Source: Heterodontus francisci (Eukaryota). Taken from it: a stretch of 64,000 nucleotides of DNA. The translations under genes and the position numbers were made by a program. The stretch's first letter is position 1, and each line of letters opens with the position of its first letter. Positions 12,954 through 25,700 of this stretch are shown here, in pieces. Under the pieces are notes generated by a model. It saw only the letters and a list, made by a program, of their open reading frames with translations. It was not told where the DNA came from and searched no databases. The stretch is taken from contig NC_090415.1 of NCBI RefSeq assembly GCF_036365525.1, positions 12,772,001 through 12,836,000 on the forward strand. The letters run 5' to 3'.

Positions 12954-13193
12954 ACAAAGCAAAATACTGTTAATGCTGGAAATTGGAAATAAAAGCAGAA
13001 AATTCAGTAAATACACAGCAGGACAGCCAGCATCTGTGGAGACAGAAACAGAATTAGCCTTTCAGGTCAATGACCTTTCATCAGAAAGGTCTGTCCTGAT
13101 CAAAGGTCATTGACCTGAAATGTGAACTGAATTTCTCTCTCCACAGGTGCTGCCAGACTTGCAGAGCATTTCCAGCATTTTCCATTTTCATTT
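12954..13193. mobile_element. Head-to-head inverted pair of short Penelope terminal fragments
   Basis: Two copies of CTGAT(G/C)A-AAGGTCATTGACCT-GAAA...CTCCACAG(A/G)TGCTG in opposite orientation. Confidence 0.8.
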
Positions 13194-13194
13194 A

Positions 13195-14070
13195 CACTGT
13201 ACATGGACATGTACATGTTCTGGCAAGTGAATGTGGGATCAATATTTAACCTTTCAGTTCTGATACGCAAATGAGGATTTTACCCAGCATGTTGTCAGTT
13301 CCTGCAGTGCAATTATCTGATTTATTCTGTAACTTTATGATTGTGGTAATTGATTGTGGGTTTGACCCTACATCTACCAGTCTCTGTAATGTGAATGTGG
13401 CTATTACTCTGTATTTATCTGTGCACAATTTGTGAGTGTTTGTTTTCCTCTCCGTGTCTGTTTCTGACATGTAAATGTGGATTTTGCTATGTACCTCAGT
13501 TACTTTATGTGTATGTGCTTTATTCTGTTTCTGTCCATCTGTGGCGAGCTTCACATTTTCCCTGTACCTATCAGCATCACACTTCTTTGTATGGCCATTA
13601 TTCTGCACTTGTTGGTTTATGGTAGTGCTTGAATTACTCTTTCCTTCTCAGTCTCTGATATGCTACTATAGATTTTCCTCTTTACTTGTAAGATTCCACT
13701 CTGTGATAATGTTGTTTCTCTGTCTGTCTGCGTCTGGTATGCTATTGTAAGATTTACTGTGTGCCCATCAGGTTCTGGTATTTAAGTATGAAGTTAACAT
13801 TGTAACATTCAATTTGATCTGTGTGAATCTGCTTCTGCCTTGAACTGACAGTTTCTATTCTGTGAGTGTACATTTACAAGTGCACTTGTTAATTTCTGCT
13901 AAATAACTGTTTGTTTTACTCTGTGCATGTCAGTTGCTGCAATGGGAAGTTGGGAAAGGTTTTTAATTCTGAAAATGGCAATTACCGATAAGTAAATGTG
14001 GGTTTTACTCAGTAACTCTCATTCTCTGGTATTTGAGTTTGTGTCTTTTTATTCTGGTTAGCTGTCACAC
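13195..14070 (+). repeat. Degenerate 41-bp repeat block (also 12530-12950)
   Basis: Same unit; paralogous to 40600-41355. Confidence 0.7.
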
Positions 14071-14918
14071 TCACTTCTCTGAAGTTGGAGACCAAAACTG
14101 CACACAGTATTCTAGATGTGGTCTCACCAATGCCCTGTATAACTGAAGTATAACATGCTTATTTTCATTTTCAATTCCTCACGTAATACTGGATAACATT
14201 CCATTTGCCTTCCTTCTGTCTTGCTGTAACTGCACCCTAACTTTTTTGACTCATGCACTAGAACACCTAGATCCCTCTCCAGAATTCTGCAGTCGCTCAG
14301 CACTGAAATATTTTTAAATCTTCCTGACAAAGTGAACAACTTCCGATTTTCTCACATTGTACATCATCTGCCAGATTCCTGCCCACTCACTCAACCTATC
14401 GATATCAGTCTTCAACTTCCTTATGTCCTCTTCACAACATACATTCCTACCTATCTTTGTTTCATCTGCAAATTTAGCTGCCATGTCATCACTCCCCTCA
14501 TCTACGTCATTGATATAAATTGTAAAAAGTTGAGGCCCCAGCACACGTCACATCCTGCCAATCAGAAAAGGACCCATTTCTGCATTCTGTGTGTTCTGCC
14601 AGCCAGTCAATCTTCTATCCATGCCACTATGTTACCCATGAGCTCCTACTTTGCACAATAACCTTTTATGTGGCACCTTGTCAAATGCCTTCTGGAAATC
14701 CAAGTACTGTCTGTCAACCGGGTTCCCCTTTATCCACAGTGCATGTTAGTCCTTCAAGGAACTTCAATAAATAGGATAAACATGATTTCCCCTTCACAAA
14801 ACCATGCTGACTATTCCTGATGACCTTATGTTTCTCAAAATGCCCAGCTATAGCCTCCTCATTGATCAATTCTACCACCTTCCTCATGACAGGTGTCAAG
14901 CTAACTGGCCTATAGTTA

Positions 14919-15030
14919 ATGTTAACTCTGCATCTCTCTCCACAGATGCTGCCAGACCTGCTGAGTATTTCCAGCATTTCTTCTTTTTGTTTCAAATTTC
15001 CAGCATCTGCAGTATTTTGCTTTTATATTA
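14919..15030 (+). mobile_element. Short Penelope-derived insertion
   Basis: GTTAACTCTG...CTCCACAGATGCTGCCAGACC...; TSD CTATAGTTA 14910-14918/15031-15039. Confidence 0.85.
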
Positions 15031-15725
15031 CTATAGTTACCCTTTCTCTGCCTCCACATCTTCTCGAATAGAGGGGTTATATTTTCTACTTTCCAGTCTG
15101 ATGTCACCTTTCCAGAATCTTACGAATTTTGAAAAATGAACACCACCAAATCTATTACTTCCGTAGCCACCATTTTGAAACTCCTAGGATGAAGCCCATC
15201 GGGATCTGTGGACTTGTCAACCCGTTGCTCCATCACTTTACTCAGTACCACTTCCCTGGTGATTGTAATTTCAACAAGTTCCTCTCTTCCATCCACCTCC
15301 TGATTTACAGCTATGATGGGAATGTTTTTTGTATATGCAACAGTGAAGATAGAAGCATTTTTTAATGTACATTTCTTCTGTCATTTCCTTATTCTCAACC
15401 TTTAACTCTTAATTTTCATTCTCTAGAGGACCCAACACTCAATTTACTTGCACTTTTCCTTTTCTAATACCTATGGAAACTCTTGCTATCCGTTTATCGA
15501 TTTCTAGCTAGCTTAAACCCATGCTCTAATTTATTTTTCTACTGATTAACCTTTTAGTCATTCTCTGCCATTCTATATATTATGACCAATCATCTGACCT
15601 GCCACTCATCTTTGCTCAATTCTATGCTTTTTCATTCAGGTTGATGCCTTCCTTAACTTCTTTAATCAACCATGGTTTGGGGATCCTCCCCTTGGAATTT
15701 TTCTTTATGGTAGGGATTTGCTTAT

Positions 15726-17228
15726 TAGAATTAGAACATTACAGCGCAGTACAGGCCCTTCGGCCCTCGATGTTGCGCCGACCTGTGAAACCATCTGACC
15801 TACACTATTCCATTTTCATCCATATATCTATCCAATGACCACTTAAATGCCCTTAAAGTTGGCGAGTCTACTACTGCTGCAGGCAGGGCGTTCCACGCCC
15901 TTACTACTCTCTGAGTAAAGAAACTACCTCTCACATCTGTCCTATATCTATCACCCCTCAACTTGAAGCTATGTCCCCTCGTGTTTGCCATCACAATCTG
16001 AGGAAAAAGACTCTCACTATCCACCCTATCTAACCCTCTGATTATCTTATATGTCTCTATTCAGTCACCTCTCCTCCTCCTTCTCTCCAACGAAAACAAC
16101 CTGAAGTCCCTCAGCCTTTCCTCGTAAGACCTTCCCTCCATACCAGGCAACATCCTAGTAAATCTCCTCTGCACCCTTTCCAAAGCTTCCACATCCTTCC
16201 TATAATGCGGTGACCAGAACTGCACGCAATACTCCAGGTGCGGTCTCACCAGAGTTTTGTACAGCTGCAGCCTGACCTCGTGGCTCCGAAACTCGATCCC
16301 CCTACTAATAAAAGCTAACACACCATATGCCTTCTTAACAGCCCTATTAACCTATTAATACTCTCCTTGATTAACAATGCCACACCCACCCTCACCCCCC
16401 ACCCCCCCCCCCCCCCCCCACCCCTTTTACCATCTTCTCTGTTCTTACTGAAACATCTAAATCCCGGAACCTGCAACATCCATTCCTGCCCCTGCTCTAC
16501 CCATGTCTCCGAAATGGCTACTACATCGAGATCCCAGGTACCAACCCATGCTGCAAGCTCACCCACCTTATTCCGGATGCTCCTGGCATTGAAGTAGACA
16601 CACTTTAAACCAAGTTCTTGCTTGCCAGTGCCCTCTTGCGTCCTTGTAACCTTATCCCTGACCTCACTACTCTCAACATCCTGTACACTGGCACTACAAT
16701 TTAGGTTCCCATTCCCCTGCTGAATTAGTTTAAACCCCCCCGAAGAGCACTAGCAAATCTCCCCCCCAGGATATTGGTACCCCTCTGGTTCAGGTGAAGA
16801 CCATCCTGTTTGTAGAGGTCCCACCTACCCCAGAAAGAGCCCCAATTATCCAGGAAACCAAAACCCTCCCTCCTGCACCATCCCTGCAGCCACGTGTTCA
16901 ACTCCTCTCTCTCCCTATTCCTCGCTTCGCTATCACGTGACATGGGCAACAACCCAGAGATAACAACTCTGTTTGTTCTCGCTCTAAGCTTCCACCCTAG
17001 CTCCCTGAATTTCTGTCTTAAATCCCCATCTCTCTTCCTACCTATGTCATTGGTGCCTATGTGGACCATGACTTGGGGCTGCTCCCCCTCCCCCTTAAGG
17101 ATCCCAAAAACACGATCCGAGACATCACGAACCCTGGCACCTGGGAGGCAACACACCAACCGTGAGTCTCTCTCGTTCCCACAGAACCTCCTATCTGTTC
17201 CCCTAACTATGGAGTCCCCAATGACTAA
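15726..17228 (-). mobile_element. Younger CR1, 5'-truncated and internally deleted, nested in the older CR1
   Basis: SGNH esterase 16725..17159 (HIGTND, DGLHL); endonuclease start 16350-16600; ORF2 C-terminus 15800-16350; (TTCTAA)n tail. Confidence 0.9.
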
Positions 17229-18399
17229 TTTGAGTATTCTGAAATATCCACTTAAATGTCTGCCACTGCTTCTCTATTGAACTATCTCCTGGCCCAGTAA
17301 CCCAGTTCCCTTCAGCTAGCTCTGCTCTCATGCCCACATAGCTGCCCTTATTTAAGTTTAAAATACTAGTCTTAGATCCACTCCTCTCATTTTCAAACTG
17401 GATGTAAACTTCAATCATATTGTGATCATTGCTACCAAGAGGTGCATATACTCTGAGGTCATTAATTAATCCTGTCAAATTACACAATACCAAGTTTAAT
17501 ATAACCTGCTCACTGGATGGTTCTAGAAGATACTACTCAAAGAAACTATTTTGAAAGCATTCTATGAACTCCTCATACAGGCTTCTATTATCAATCTGAT
17601 TTTTTCCAGTTTATATGTTGATTAAAATCACCCATGATTATTCCCATCCCTTTATCACAAGCACCCATTAGTTATTCTTGTAGACTTCATCCTACATTGT
17701 GATTACTGTCTGTGGGCCTGTAGACTACACCCAATAGTGCCTTTTCCCCCGACTATTCCTCAACTCCACCCAAACCGATTCTCCATCCTGATCTCCTGAA
17801 CCAAGGTCATGTCTAACTATTGCACGAATGCCAATCTTGATTAACAGTGCCACCCCTTCAACTTTACCTAGCTTCCTATTCTTCTTGAATGTTACACACC
17901 CCTCAATATTGAGGACACAATCCTTGTCATCCTGCAGCCATGTCTCCATAATGGCTATTAGATCATATTTATTTCCTTCAACATGTGCTATCAGTTTCTC
18001 TACTTTGTTATGAATGCAACATGCATTCACATGCAGAGCCTTTAGTTTTATCTTTTTGTTATCCTTGTAACATCTAGTGTTGCCTGTTGGTCTGTTCTTA
18101 GTTTTTTTTCTCTTTGTCCTTTCCTGCCATTCTCTGGCCTTCATTTCCCATATTATTATTGTGTTTTCCTGCCTTGACATTATCCCTTGATTTGTTACAT
18201 CTGCTAAAGCTTGTTCCTCTACCCCTTTGTTTAGATCAAGTGCCTCTCTACATCCCTAGTTATACGGTTTGCTCGAACACTGGTCCCAGCTTGGTTCAGG
18301 TATAGACTGTCCGAACGGTACAGCCTCCACTTTCCCTAGTACTGGTGCCAGTGCCCCACAAACTGAACCTGACTTCTCCCACACCAGTCTTGGCGGGTG

Positions 18400-20330
18400 T
18401 AAGTTTCACTGTATATCTCTCAATCCCCAGTCTACAATTTACCTCTTTCATTTTCGGATTTTGAGTGTGGCTTTATCTGCACCTGTCAGTTTGTTTTATG
18501 TTAGAAACGTCTTATTCAGTACCTTTCAGCTTCTGTTGTGTGTGTGTTCTGGCTTGTAATTTGTCCCCATCAGTATATGGTATGTGAGTGTGGATTTGAC
18601 AGTTAATATTACATTCTTGGCATATGAGTGGGAGTTCATACTTTATCTTTGATTGTCTAGTAGCCAATTTAAGGTTTAACCTGCGCCCTTAAATGTCTCA
18701 TGTGTAGCTGTGGTTTTTAACCTGTCTCTGTCACTGTCTGCTACAAGAGTAAGGGTTTCCGTCTGTTATTTGAGTGTGGAATTTACATCTCTACATTCTC
18801 TCGGATGTGAATGTGAGTTTTAATCTATACATGCCAGTTTCTGACATTTGGCTGTGAGGTTTACTTTGTACATTGTCATTCTCTGATATGTGACTGACAA
18901 TTTTATTCTGAACCTGTCAGTTTATATTCTGTCTGTGTGAGTTTTAGCCTGTATCTGTCAGTGTCTGATATATGAATCTTCTTAATTATGTGTGTGTTGA
19001 TCTGTATCTATCAGTGTCTGGAGTGCAATTGTCAGTTTTACTTTGTACCTGTCAGTGTCTGTTGTGGATGAGAGACTGTCACTCTCTAACTGTTAACTTC
19101 TTGCAATTCATTATGGATTTCACTCTGTGTCTGTCAGTCTCTGGTAGTTAAGTGCAGCATTTATACTGTATCTCCTAATTTCTGATATGTGAATGTAGAT
19201 ATTAATGTGTACCTGTTGGTTTCTCCTATGAGAGTCTGGGCTAAAATCTGTTTCTGCCAGTTTCTCTTATGTGAGGGTGGCATTTATTCAGTACCTGTTA
19301 CTGTCTGAATTGTGAGAAGGTTTTAATCTTTCTCTGTCAGTTGCTGGTTTGTGAATGTGGGTTTATTCTAGATCTTTTAATGTTTGTTATTTTCTGGGAT
19401 ATGATTGTAGTTTTTGATCTGTATCTGTCAGTTTCTATTACTTGAGTGAGTTTTACTTTGCACCAGTTGTCTTTTTAGATTTCGATTTAGATTTAGATAT
19501 ACCGCACTGAAACAGGCCCTTCGGCCCACCAACCATCAACCACCCATTTATACTAATCCTACACTAATTCCATATTCCTACCACATCCCCACCTGTCCCT
19601 ATATTTCCCTACCACCGACCTATACTAGGGGCAATTTATCATGGCCAAATTACCTATCAACCTGCAAGTCTTTGGCATGTGGGAGGAAACCGGAGCACCC
19701 GGAGGAAACCCACGCAGACACAGGAAGAACTTGCAAACTCCACACAGGCAGTACCCAAAATTGAACGCGGGTCGCTGGAGCTGTGAGGCTGCGGTGCTAA
19801 CCACTGCGCCGTCTTCTGGTATGTGAGTGTCAGTTTTAAGCTGGACCCGTAAAGTTAAGGTATGAAAGTGTGGGTTTATTCTGTATCTTTCAAACTCTAG
19901 TGTGTGACATGGGGCCTTTTTCTGAATCTGTCGATTTCAGCTCTGTAACTGTAAGTTTTAATCTGCAACTTACAGTTCCTGATAGGTGTGTGAGCACATT
20001 TTCTTTTTTTCTGCAGCGATCAACGTCGACTACATGAGGATGTGTGTTGTTCCTATCTTTCAATTTCTAGCATTGAAGAATTGCTTTTCCTTTGAACATC
20101 TCAGTCTCTGCAATGTGTCCATGGGTTCTACATGGTAACTGTCTGTCTCTGTTAAGTGACTCTGGTGTGATTCTCTATCTGACAGTCTCTTACCTGTGAG
20201 TGGTTTTATTTTCTTCTCTGTAGCTGTCAGTTTCCCTTCAATGGCTGGAGGTTTTAATCTTTACTTAAACTCTTTAATAATTTGTAAATGTGAATTTCAC
20301 TCTGTGTCTGTCTGTGTACATTATCTGAAT
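18400..20330 (+). repeat. Degenerate 41-bp repeat block, interrupted by a SINE
   Basis: GTCAG-like anchors at 19051, 19133, 19256 and 19297, spaced in multiples of 41. Confidence 0.85.
19474..19810 (-). mobile_element. HE1-type V-SINE
   Basis: tRNA-like head GGCGCAGTGGTTAGCAC...GTTCAATT; TSD GTCTT 19469-19473/19811-19815. Confidence 0.9.
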
Positions 20331-20655
20331 GTGGTTAGCACCGCAGCCTCACAGCTCCAGCAACCCGGGTTCAATTCTGGGTACTGTCTGAGTGGAGTTT
20401 GCAACTTCTCCCTGTGTCTGCGTGGGTTTTCTCCGGGTGCTCCGGTTTCCTCCCACATGCCAAAGACTTGCAGGTTGATAAGTAAATTGACCATTATAAA
20501 TTGTCCCTGGTATCGGTCGGTGGTAGGGAAATATAGTGACAGGTAGGGATGTGGTTGGAATTACTGTAGGATTAGTATAAATGTGTGGTTGATGGTCGGC
20601 ACAGACTCTGTGGGCCGAAGGGCCCGTTTCAGTGCTGTATCTCTAACTAACTAAA
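20331..20655 (+). mobile_element. HE1-type V-SINE
   Basis: GTGGTTAGCACCGCAGCCTCACAGCTCCAG head and (CTAA)n tail; absent from the paralog near 25665. Confidence 0.9.
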
Positions 20656-21339
20656 CATCAGTTTCAGGTATGTGAGGGTGAGATTCACTGTCTCCAGAAT
20701 GCGTCCCTCTTGTGAAATTGACAGAGTGCCTTTTAATCTGATCGTGGGTTCTGCTTTTGAACTTTACCAACTTTCAGCAGTATTGATTTGGAATGGATTG
20801 GATACAATGTCTGTCTCTTCTGATTTGTTTGATTGCTGAATTGGAAATGTGTCTCTAAACTTAGGATCAGTGAAACTTTGACTACATCTGCTTCTTGTGA
20901 CAATGACATGAACTGAAGGCCTATGGGAGTGGTACTGTACCTTGTGATGGAAGGAGCCGACTGCACTTGCCCTTGTGCCTGGGAATCATCACATTCATTC
21001 TGCTCCCTTGAACTATTCACCGACAGTAAGGAAGAAAACTATGTCTTGTAAGTCACGATCAGTTGAGGTGGAAGCTGGAAAAGAGATTAATGTAACATTT
21101 CAATTAATAATATTTATGACTAATCACAAAGGCGAACCAAAAATACAAAGAATATCACTGTCTGATTCCACTGCAGCTCTCAGCATCTGCTGACGAGGTG
21201 TCCTGGCAGTTTCACAGCAATTTTGAGACATCCAGAAACAAGCCAACATCTACACTGCTCCAAGATTGGAACGATCTGATGGAGCAGGGATATTTGTGCA
21301 GGTCAGGTTTCTATTTAGATCTGGCATTATAATGTAATA

Positions 21340-21950
21340 ACCTAAGAACTAGGAGCAGGAGTCAGCCATTCAGCCTCTCCAGCCTGATCCACCATTCAAT
21401 AAAATCATGTCTGATTTGATCTTGGCTTCATTTCCATTATCCTGCCTGGCCAAAAGCCCATTCCTCCCTTGTAGATCAAAAGTTTAACTCATCCTTGAAT
21501 ATATTTCATAATCCAGCCTCCACTACTCTCTGGTGCAGAGAATTCCATCGATTAATGATGCTTTGAGAGAAGAAATTCTTCCTTACCTCTGTCTAACATG
21601 GTAGACCCCTTATTCTGAAACTGTGCGACGTGGTTCTTGATTCCCTCAGGAGGGGAGATATCTTCTCAGCATCTACTCTGTCAAGACCCCTCAGAATCTT
21701 ACATTTTTCAATAAGATTAGCTCTGATTATTACTAATTCCAATGTTTGTAACACAAACTGCTCAACCTTTTGCTCATAAGACAGCCTCTTCATCTCAGGA
21801 ACCAACCGAACGAATCTTGCCTGAACTGCATCCAATGCACGAAGGAGACCACAACTGTATCCACTACTCCAGGTAAGGGCTCACCAACACCCTGCAAATT
21901 TGTAGCAAAACTTTCCTAAATTTATATTCCAGCCCCCTTGCAGGTAATGC
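21340..21950 (-). mobile_element. CR1 3' fragment (paralog at 26380-26960)
   Basis: ORF 21593..21835 DAVQARFVRL...LRGLDRVD. Confidence 0.8.
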
Positions 21951-22054
21951 CAAAAGTCTGGCTCTGTTTTCACTATTCACTTTTCAATAACAACAAACAG
22001 CGTGAAACCAGAGCTAAACCAGGAACAAGCATTACAGGTTTGAGAAGCAATTTT

Positions 22055-23895
22055 TTTGTTCATTACTTCTGCCATTTCCTTATTACCAAACTTGAACTTT
22101 CAATTTTCATTCTCTCGAGGACCAACACTCACTTTACTTACACTTTTCCTTTTCAAATGCCTGCAGAAACCCTTGCTATCCGTTATTACATTTCTAGCTA
22201 GCTTACTCCCGTGCTCTAATTCCTTTGCTCCTGATTAAACTTTGGTCAGAATATATAGAATGGCACAGAATGACTCAATCATCTGACCTACCACTCATCT
22301 TTGCACAATTGTATGTCTTTTCATTCAGGTTGATGCCTTCCTTAACTTCTTTAATCAACCATGGATGGAGGATCCTCCCCTTGGAATTATTCTTTACAGT
22401 AGGGATATACTTATTTAAAGTATTCTGAAATATCCACTTAAATGTCTGCCACTGCTTCTCAATTGATCAATTGATCCCAGTTCACTTCAGCTAGCTCAGC
22501 TTTCATGCCCACATAGTTGTCCTTATTTAAGCTTAAAATATTAGTCTTAGACCCACTCCTCTCACTTTCAAACTGGATGCAAACTTCAATCATATTGTGA
22601 TCATTGCTACCAAGAGGTGCATTTCCTCTGAGGTCATTAATTAATCCTGTCAAATTGCACAATGCCAAATCGAGCAAGTTCTAGAACATGCTGCTGGAAG
22701 AAACTATCTCGAAAGCACTCTATGAACTCCTCATACAGGCTTCTATTACCAATCTCATTCTTTCCAGTTTATAATTATTTACTTCAGACATACAGCACTG
22801 AAACAGGCCCTTCAGTCCATCGAGTCTGTGCCAACCATCAACCACCCATTTAGACTAATCCTACATTAATCCCATATTCCTACCCCATCCCCACCTTTCC
22901 TCAATTCTCCTATCACCTACCGAAACTCGGGGCAATTTATAATAGCCAATTTACCTATCAACCTGCAAGCCTTTGGCTGTGGGAGGAAACTGGAGCACCC
23001 GGTGAAAACCCACAGAGTCACAGGGAGAACTTGTAAACTCCGCACAGGCAGTACCCAGAATTGGACCTGGGTCGCTGGAGCTGTGAGGCTGCGGTGCTAA
23101 CCACTGCACCACTGTGTTGTTTAAAAACACCTGTGATTCTTTCCATCTCATTATCACAAGCACCCAATAGATATTCTTGTATCCTTCATCCTAAATTGTG
23201 ATTACTGTCTGGGGGCCTGTAGACTGTTCCGACTGGTGCCTCTTTCCCCCGACTATTCCTCATCTCCACTCAAACCGATTCTACATCCTGATCTCCTGAA
23301 CCAAGGTCATGTCTAACAATTGCACCAATACGATCCTTGATTAACAGTGCCAGCTCTCCACCTTTACCTAGCTTCCTGTTCTTCTTGAATGTTACATATC
23401 CCTCAATATTGAGGACCTAATCCTTGTCATCCTGCAGCCATGTCTCCATAATGACTATTAGATCATATTTATTTACTTCAGCGTGTGCTATCAGTTTCTC
23501 TACTTTGTTATGAATTCTACATGCATTCACATAAAGAGCCTTTGGTGTTATCTTTTTGTTATCTTTGTCACATCTAGTGTTGACTGTTCGTCTGCTCTTA
23601 GGTTATTTTTCTCTGCCCCTTCCTGCCATTCTTTGGCCTTCATTTCCCATATTACTATTGTGTTCTCCCACCTTGACTCTACCCCTTGATTTGTTACATC
23701 TACTAAAGCTTGATGACTCTACCACTTTGTTTAGATCAAGTACCTCTCTACATCCCTAGTTATATGGTTTTCTCGAACACTGGTCCCAGCTTGGTTCAGG
23801 TGTAGACTGTCCAAATGGTACAGCCTCCACTTTCCCTAGTACTGGTGCCAGTGCCCGACGAAGCGATCCTCACTTCTCCCACACCAGTCTTGGCG
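22055..23895 (-). mobile_element. Decayed CR1 endonuclease region, duplicate of 15365-18385 lacking the nested CR1
   Basis: ORF 22459..22677 LGSNDHN; nucleotide alignment to the paralog. Confidence 0.8.
22781..23116 (-). mobile_element. HE1-type V-SINE
   Basis: Head, V core and tail all present. Confidence 0.88.
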
Positions 23896-23904
23896 GGTGT
23901 AAGT

Positions 23905-25700
23905 TTCACTGTATATCTCACTCCCTGGTCTACAATTTACCTCTGTCAGTTTCAGTTTTTGAATGTGGCTTTATCTGTACCTGTCAGTTTGTTTTATGTG
24001 AGAAATGTCTTATTCTGTACCTTACAGCTTCTGGTGTATGCGTATCTGTCTTGTACCTTGTCCCCATCAGTATATGGTATGTGATTGTGGATTTGACACA
24101 ATATTACATTCTTGTGTATATGAGTGGGGGTTCACACTTTATCTTTGATTGTCCAGTATGCCAATTTAAGGTTTAACCTGTGCCCTTAAATGTCTCATGT
24201 GTAGCTGAGGCCTTGAACCTGTCCCTGTCTGGTATAAGAGTAAGAGTTTCAGTGTGGATTTTACACCACATCTCTCCACGCTCTCGGATGTGAATGCGAT
24301 TTTTAATCTGTACATGCCAGTTTCTGACACTGGCTGTGAGGTTTACTTTGTACATTGTCATTCTCTGAAATGTGACTGCCAATTTTATTCTGAACCTGTC
24401 AGTTTTTTTTCTCTGTGTGTGAGTTTTAGCCTGTATCTGTCAGTATCTGGTATATGAATCTTCTTAATTATGTGTGTGTTGTTCTGTATCTATCAGTGTC
24501 TGAAGTGCAATTGAAAGGTTTACTTTGTACCTGTCAGTGTCTGTTATGGATGAGAGACTTTCACTCTCTGTTAACTTCTTGCAATTCACTATGGATTTCA
24601 CACTGTGTCAGTCAGTCTCTGGTAGGTAAATGTGGCATTTATACTGTATCTCCTAATTTCTGATATGTGAATGTAGATTTTAATGTGAACCTGTTGATTT
24701 CTCCTATGCAAGTCTTTTTACAATCTGTTTCTGCCGGTTTCTCATATGTGAGGGTGGCATTTATTCTGTACCAGTTACTTTGCGAAATGTGGGAAGAATT
24801 TACTCTTTCCCTGTCAGTTGCTGGTATGTGAATGTGAGTTTATTCTGGATCTTTCAATCTTTGGAATTTGAGTCCATGCTTTACCCTATATCTGTTTGCT
24901 TCTGTTAAGTGAATGAGGGATTAAATCTGTACCTGTCCATTGATTGTATATGAATGTAGTTTTCAGTCTGTACCTGTCAGTTTATGGAAAATGAAAGTGG
25001 TTTTATTTCACTAACTGCCAGATTCTGATATGTGACTGTTGTTTCATTCTTTACTTGTTATTTTCTGGGATATGATTCTGGTTTTTGATCTGTACCTATC
25101 AGTTTCTGTTACTTGAGTGAATTTTACTTTGCACAGTTGTCTTCTGATATGTGAGTGTCAGTTTTAAGCTGCACCTGTATGATAGGTTAAACCTCAAGGT
25201 ATGATAGTGTGGGTTTATTCTGTGTCTTTCAAACTCTAGTCTGTGACATTTGGCCTTTCTCTGAATCTGTCGATTTCTGTTCTGTAACTGTACGTTTTCA
25301 TCTGCAGATTACAGTTCCTGATAGGTGTATGAGCATATTTTCTTTGTCTGCAGTTATCAATGTCTATTACATGAGTATGTGTGTTATTCCTAGATTTCAA
25401 TTTCTGTTATTGAAGAAATGATTTTCCTTTGTGCTTCTCAGTCTCTGCAATGTGTCCATGGCTGTTACTGGTAACTGTCTGTCACTGTTAGGTGACTCTG
25501 GTTTTATTCTCTATCTGACAGTCTCTTGCCTGTGAGGGGTTTTATTTTCTGCTCTGTAACTGTCAGTTTCCTTTCTGTGGCTGAATGTTTTAATCTTGAC
25601 TTAAACTTTTTAATAATTTGTAAATGTGAATTTCACTTTGTGTCTGTCTGTATACATTATATGAATGAGTTTATTTTTATTTTGTCAACATCAGTTTCAG
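23905..25700 (+). repeat. Degenerate 41-bp repeat block
   Basis: Paralog of 18400-20330. Confidence 0.85.

Larger units (their letters stand above)
14075..18385 (-). mobile_element. Old decayed CR1 LINE hosting nested insertions
   Basis: RT fragments 14314..14544 (KFADETK) and 14714..14995; endonuclease 17203..17493 and 17725..18180. Confidence 0.85.

Noticed and set aside
18400-20330. CRISPR-like or protein-coding reading of the 41-bp repeat
   Set aside because: Eukaryotic context, no repeat-spacer alternation, period not divisible by 3, many stops
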